64,000 nucleotides of DNA from Thermomicrobiales bacterium (lineage in GTDB: Bacteria; Chloroflexota; Chloroflexia; Thermomicrobiales; UBA6265), in assembly GCA_034431475.1 (NCBI GenBank), contig DAOUDE010000074.1, positions 31,348 through 95,347 of the forward strand. The letters are read 5' to 3'. Shown here piece by piece: positions 62,271 through 64,000 of this stretch. Both the position numbers and the translations under genes were made by a program. The notes under the pieces were generated by a model, which ran no database searches, was not told the origin of the DNA, and saw nothing but the letters and a program-made list of their open reading frames with translations. How positions within the stretch are numbered: the first letter of the stretch is position 1; every line of letters begins with the position of its first letter.

Positions 62271-63419
62271 GTGAAGATCGGACTTATCTCACCGTACGAC
62301 CCCGGTCACCCCGGTGGCGTCTACGAACACATCAATCACCTGCGCGCCGAGTTCGTACGCGGCGGGCATGAGGTGACCGTGCTCGCGCCTCGTGGCCGCA
62401 AGGGGGGGCTCGAGGCGCGAGATGGCTTCTACGGCGTCGGGCGCACCGTTCCGATTCCCGCCAACGGCAGCATGGTTCGTGTCACCTTCGATGTCACGTT
62501 GTACAACGCTGTCAAGACCCTGCTGCGCCGCGAGCAATTCGATGTCATTCATCTGCACGAGCCGCTCATTCCGGTGCTGCCGTACCTCGTTCTACTGAAT
62601 TCGCAGACCGTCAACGTCGGAACGTTTCACGCCTTCCGCTCCTCCAGTCCCTGGTACACCGCCTTCAAACCGTACATGTCATTCATGATGTCCCGGCTGG
62701 ATGCGCGAATCGCTGTCTCGCCTCCAGCGCGGGATTTCGTGAGCCAGTATTTCCAGGGGCCGTACGACATCATCCCAAACGGCATCGACGTCGCGCGTTT
62801 TCAGAACGTCGAACCCTTCGCATGGGCCAGCGATGGCACACCCCGCATCCTGTTCGTCGGCCGCTTCAACGAGCCACGCAAGGGACTCAAATATCTCTTG
62901 CGCGCGATGCCGCTGGTTCAGCAGCAGTTTCCGGGCGCCCGGCTGGTCGTGGTAGGGCGCGGCGATTCCGAAAAGTTCGCCGGGCTCATGGAGCGCTACG
63001 ATGTTCGTGGTGTCGATTTCGTCGGGCAGGCCACCGCGGAGGAGCTTCCACGTTATTACGCGAGCTGCGATGTCTTCTGTGCGCCGTCTACCTCGGGCGA
63101 AAGCTTCGGGATCGTGCTCCTTGAAGCGATGGCGGCGGGGGTCCCGGTAGTTGCCGGCGATATCCCTGGCTATCGCAGCGTCATTCGACCCGGTATCGAC
63201 GGAATCCTTGCCCCTCCAAAGAACCCCCAGGCGCTCGCGCTGGCGCTGGTGCGCATGATGGCCGACACGGGGCTGCGCAAGGCACTCGTCGCGGCCGGCC
63301 GCCAGACGGCGCAACAGTACGACTGGACGGAGATTGCACGCCGGGTGCTGCAGGTGTATGAACGCGCGCAGGGTACTGCGCAATCGCAGGGCTTGAGTAT
63401 GGCCGGGGTGGGAGCGTAG
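62271..63419 (+). CDS. GT4 glycosyltransferase, PimA-like
   Basis: GTG 62271 gives MKIGLISPYDPGHPGGVYEHI (track ORF starts at 62178). C-terminal E-x7-E region SGESFGIVLLEAMAAG. Confidence 0.85.
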   Translation: MKIGLISPYDPGHPGGVYEHINHLRAEFVRGGHEVTVLAPRGRKGGLEARDGFYGVGRTVPIPANGSMVRVTFDVTLYNAVKTLLRREQFDVIHLHEPLIPVLPYLVLLNSQTVNVGTFHAFRSSSPWYTAFKPYMSFMMSRLDARIAVSPPARDFVSQYFQGPYDIIPNGIDVARFQNVEPFAWASDGTPRILFVGRFNEPRKGLKYLLRAMPLVQQQFPGARLVVVGRGDSEKFAGLMERYDVRGVDFVGQATAEELPRYYASCDVFCAPSTSGESFGIVLLEAMAAGVPVVAGDIPGYRSVIRPGIDGILAPPKNPQALALALVRMMADTGLRKALVAAGRQTAQQYDWTEIARRVLQVYERAQGTAQSQGLSMAGVGA

Positions 63420-63423
63420 ACAG

Positions 63424-64000
63424 GTGATCTCGGAAGCACTGGGCACGCGCGTTCGCACCTTGACGCTTGGCATCGGCGAGGCTCTCGCACGCGCCGGCCT
63501 GACGCCGAATATGGTGACCACCATCGGAGTTCTCCTCAGTATGGTGGTCGCCGTGGTCATAGCTGGCGGATACCTCATCGTGGGCGGGTTGCTTTTTCTC
63601 GTCGCGAGCGGCTTCGACATGCTCGATGGCGCCGTGGCTCGCGCTGCGGGAACCGTCACGAAGTTCGGCGGCTTCCTCGATTCCACCCTCGACCGCTATT
63701 CCGAAACGATCGTGCTCTTCGGGGTGCTTTACTACCTGCTCCAGACCCCCGATGCCACGATGGGCGCGCTGCTGGTGTTCGCGGCCACGACCGGTTCACT
63801 CCTCATCAGCTACGCGCGTGCGCGGGCAGAAGCCGCCGGTTTTCACGCCTCGGTCGGCCTCCTGGCAAGGCCTGAACGCGTGGTCATTCTGGCAATCGGT
63901 TTGTTTTTCGGCCAGTTGCTGCCCGCGCTCTGGATTCTGGCCATCGGCACCCACCTCACCGTATTCATGCGCATCTTCCATGTCTGGCGCATCACGCGAA
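63424..64000 (+). CDS. CDP-alcohol phosphatidyltransferase (PI/PIP-synthase-like), runs off the window end
   Basis: Not in ORF track. Own translation from GTG 63424 (GGGAG 8 nt upstream): ...GFDMLDGAVARAAGTVTKFGGFLDSTLDRYSE matches D-x2-D-G-x2-A-R...G-x3-D-x3-D. Confidence 0.85.
   Translation, partial: MISEALGTRVRTLTLGIGEALARAGLTPNMVTTIGVLLSMVVAVVIAGGYLIVGGLLFLVASGFDMLDGAVARAAGTVTKFGGFLDSTLDRYSETIVLFGVLYYLLQTPDATMGALLVFAATTGSLLISYARARAEAAGFHASVGLLARPERVVILAIGLFFGQLLPALWILAIGTHLTVFMRIFHVWRITR

Overview
This is a 64-kb, high-GC (roughly 65%), densely coding bacterial chromosomal segment. Protein sequences and gene content suggest a Chloroflexota/Thermomicrobia-like organism, but that is inference only. 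I support about 60 protein genes, two tRNAs (Gln-CTG, Asn-GTT), one glmS ribozyme, and several promoters and hairpin terminators. I see no rRNA, CRISPR array, transposase, integrase or prophage block.

Content, left to right:
- gcvT-gcvH-gcvPA, purB, and ribozyme-controlled glmS with tatD.
- A Mur-ligase-like gene translationally coupled to polX, convergent with dnaE.
- An XRE regulator, folD, tRNA-Gln.
- dnaN-recF followed by a coupled PD40 lipoprotein gene.
- A divergent two-gene operon behind tandem LexA boxes.
- ppiB, queA, ruvB, an nrtR-nadK pair, ftsW, mtnP, rpsO-pnp, larE-like, an Rrf2 regulator, tRNA-Asn.
- tmk, an R3H/AAA ATPase, recR, ftsK, and a Tat-secreted Cys-rich protein.
- A 0.9-kb gene-free gap.
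- fixC-like, a beta-oxidation-type cluster, several oxidoreductases and hypotheticals, an HD-domain protein, cysK, a five-gene Dpp/Opp-type ABC operon, and a pimA-like plus CDP-alcohol phosphatidyltransferase pair.

The window is unusually rich in replication and repair genes.

Most interesting observations:
1. Two perfect GAAC-N4-GTTC LexA boxes sit on a consensus promoter. It drives a Rad52/DdrA-like protein and a small partner next to dnaN.
2. An operon joins a cyanophycin-synthetase-like Mur ligase with degenerate motifs to a PolX. The PolX palm carboxylates appear lost while its PHP domain is intact.
3. The 0.9-kb gap holds a consensus promoter, a roughly 430-nt hairpin-rich leader and a 40%-GC island with repeated GATTTGC/GCAAATC motifs. 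It lies where coding-strand bias flips.
4. An NrtR-like regulator is coupled to NAD kinase.

Many long ORFs in the track are antisense or N-terminally over-extended high-GC artefacts and were not called.
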